The translations under genes and the position numbers were made by a program. From Candidatus Odinarchaeia archaeon (GTDB lineage Archaea > Asgardarchaeota > Odinarchaeia > Odinarchaeales > Odinarchaeaceae), in NCBI GenBank assembly GCA_029856525.1, contig JAHQXC010000026.1, forward strand, positions 1 to 15,933: DNA of 15,933 bases, in the 5' to 3' direction. Below, piece after piece: positions 14,327 to 15,933 of this stretch (position 1 is the first letter of the stretch; every line of letters begins with the position of its first letter). The notes under the pieces are model-generated. The model saw only the letters and a list, made by a program, of their open reading frames with translations. It was not told the origin of the DNA and did no database searches.

Positions 14327-15055
14327 TTAAAGTTTACTTATATAATTCTTGTTTTCCTCTTCCGAGAGGATTTTAAAAGTCTTAGTCTCAGTTGTGATGA
14401 AACCTATTTCCACAGTTTCTGGAAGTATCTGCTCGCCTTCACCTGCTTTTAAAGCTTTAAGTCCTAAGATGATAGCTTCATCTAAGTTCATTTTTTTAGA
14501 ATAGTGTTTTTCAAGATACTCTTTTATCTTAGAGTCCTTCCCTATAACGGTAGCATCCCAGCCGTAGTAGGTTCCGCTTGGATCCGTTGAATAGAGGGCT
14601 GGACCTTTAGAGTCAACTCCGCCTATAAGTAATGCGATTCCGAAGGGGCGGACACCGGCTTGCTGGGTGTATTGCTGTTTAAGATCGCTTATTTTTTTAA
14701 CAAGAGTTTCAACCATTATCGGTTCATCGTATGTTAAGCGCTCTATTTGAGCTTGAACTCGAGCGTAATCTATTAGCACACGCGCGTCAGCGTGTAAACC
14801 TGATATCGAGGCGCCTATATGAGAGTCTATTAAAAAGATTTTCTGGACGCTTTTACTCTCCATTAAAGGAGGGATATCCTTTTTCCTAGCGATTAAGATA
14901 ACAGCATCTTTAAGCTTTAAGCCTATTGTAGGACTCCCCTGTCGGACGGCTTCTATCGCATATTCTACTTGGAATAATCTGCCGTCGGGGCTGAATACAG
15001 TTATCGCACTGTCATAACCCATTTCATCACGTCTCTCAAACGTTTCCATCACCAA
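14327..15055 (-). CDS. psmA: 20S proteasome alpha subunit
   Basis: GYDSAITVFSPDGRLFQVEYA signature, SGLHADARVLIDYAR, TQQAGVRPFG and TDPSG. Start is ambiguous (15055, 15049 or 15022). Confidence 0.96.
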   Translation of the reverse strand: MVMETFERRDEMGYDSAITVFSPDGRLFQVEYAIEAVRQGSPTIGLKLKDAVILIARKKDIPPLMESKSVQKIFLIDSHIGASISGLHADARVLIDYARVQAQIERLTYDEPIMVETLVKKISDLKQQYTQQAGVRPFGIALLIGGVDSKGPALYSTDPSGTYYGWDATVIGKDSKIKEYLEKHYSKKMNLDEAIILGLKALKAGEGEQILPETVEIGFITTETKTFKILSEEENKNYISKL

Positions 15056-15071
15056 CCTTCAGTTAAACAAG

Positions 15072-15933
15072 TTAGTATTGTTTCGAAACTCTTATAATTT
15101 TTACTGCTTTACGGCCGCAAATACACTTCCCTTTAACACTTCTAGGTTCAAGCGGTTCCCCTAAAACATTCAGATAATTAGATATCTGCAGCTCGCATTT
15201 AATATCATCGCACACTGGGACCTCGACTATACCGCCTTTAAATTCACCTGTCTCCTCGTCTACGAGAATAGATATAGCGTCTTGTTCTGTGAATGAGAAG
15301 AATACTTCGCTCTGATATATTTTCGATTCAAAGTTTTTATCTGCTTCTAATATTATATTCTCTTTAATTTCATTCATAAGCTTCTCAATATCCTCGACTA
15401 AAGTATCTTTTTTCATATTAATTTTATTAAAGTTATCCCGTCTGAAAACCGTGACTGAACCTGTTTCAACCTCTTTTAAACCTATTTCAATTCTAACAGG
15501 AACACCTTTAAGCTCCCACTCATAGTATTTTCTACCAGGCCGTAAATCACGGTTATCCACTCTCACAGTGAATTTACCTGATAATTGCTCAGCTATTCTA
15601 TTAGCGTAGTCTAGTATTAGAGTATCAGATTCTTTACCTGAGGTTATAGGAATTATAACTATTTTTAAAGGAGCTATCTCAGGGTTTAATTTAAGACCGT
15701 GATCGTCACCGTGGATGGCTATTAAACTAGCTATAACACGCTCCGATAACCCGTAGCATGTTGTATAAGCATACTGATTTACACCGTTACTATCCAAGAA
15801 TTTAATGTCAAAGGATTTAGCGAATTTCTGGCCGTGATAGTGAACGGTCCCGATTTGAAGCGTCCGACCGTCTGGGAATATTGTGTCAAATGCGATAGAG
15901 TACTCAGCTCCAGGGAATTTATCATAATCAGGT
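15072..15933 (-). CDS. proS: Prolyl-tRNA synthetase, archaeal/eukaryotic type (3' part; 5' end outside window)
   Basis: The frame is open to the window edge: PDYDKFPGAEYS..D.IFPDGRTLQIGTVHYHGQKFAKSFDIKF, then motif 3 TCYGLSER, HGDDHGL, anticodon domain RPGRKYYEWELKGVPVRIEIG, Zn-type C-terminal domain and terminal Tyr. The ORF-track start at 15797 is internal. Confidence 0.97.
   Translation of the reverse strand, partial: PDYDKFPGAEYSIAFDTIFPDGRTLQIGTVHYHGQKFAKSFDIKFLDSNGVNQYAYTTCYGLSERVIASLIAIHGDDHGLKLNPEIAPLKIVIIPITSGKESDTLILDYANRIAEQLSGKFTVRVDNRDLRPGRKYYEWELKGVPVRIEIGLKEVETGSVTVFRRDNFNKINMKKDTLVEDIEKLMNEIKENIILEADKNFESKIYQSEVFFSFTEQDAISILVDEETGEFKGGIVEVPVCDDIKCELQISNYLNVLGEPLEPRSVKGKCICGRKAVKIIRVSKQY

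Noticed and set aside
15795-15797. ORF-track start of proS (MDSN...)
   Set aside because: This is an internal Leu codon; the frame continues with ProRS motifs to the window edge.

Overview
Gene-dense, AT-rich archaeal chromosomal segment. It has TTTATA/BRE promoters, GGAGG/GGTG Shine-Dalgarno sites, oligo-T terminators, an archaeal/eukaryotic-type proS and a proteasome alpha subunit. The style suggests an Asgard/TACK lineage, possibly Odinarchaeia (inference, not proven). The left half (1-7914) is dominated by Fe-S proteins: a partial TPR-like gene, a COG0731-type radical SAM enzyme, an Mrp/NBP35 Fe-S carrier, an AIM24 protein, a B12-binding radical SAM enzyme, a lipoate ligase fused to a Cys-rich DUF116-like domain, a divergent LipS1-type lipoyl synthase subunit and a Rieske ferredoxin. 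The divergent ligase/lipS1 promoter holds a ~160-bp GC-rich, ORF-less element. It resembles a minimal IS200/IS605 derivative that keeps a promoter and a TnpB omega-RNA-like scaffold. The right half has two divergent proline-linker hypotheticals (one with a possible Vps28-CTD-like bundle), an atypical Bud32-like kinase, a rhomboid protease with an internal insertion, a PNPOx/NimA-like flavoprotein, a membrane protein and an HPrK/PEPCK-like P-loop protein. It ends with a NYN protein lacking most catalytic Asp residues, a divergent proteasome alpha gene outside its usual context, and the 3' part of proS. No rRNA, tRNA or CRISPR array was found. All family calls come from motif recognition, not database searches.
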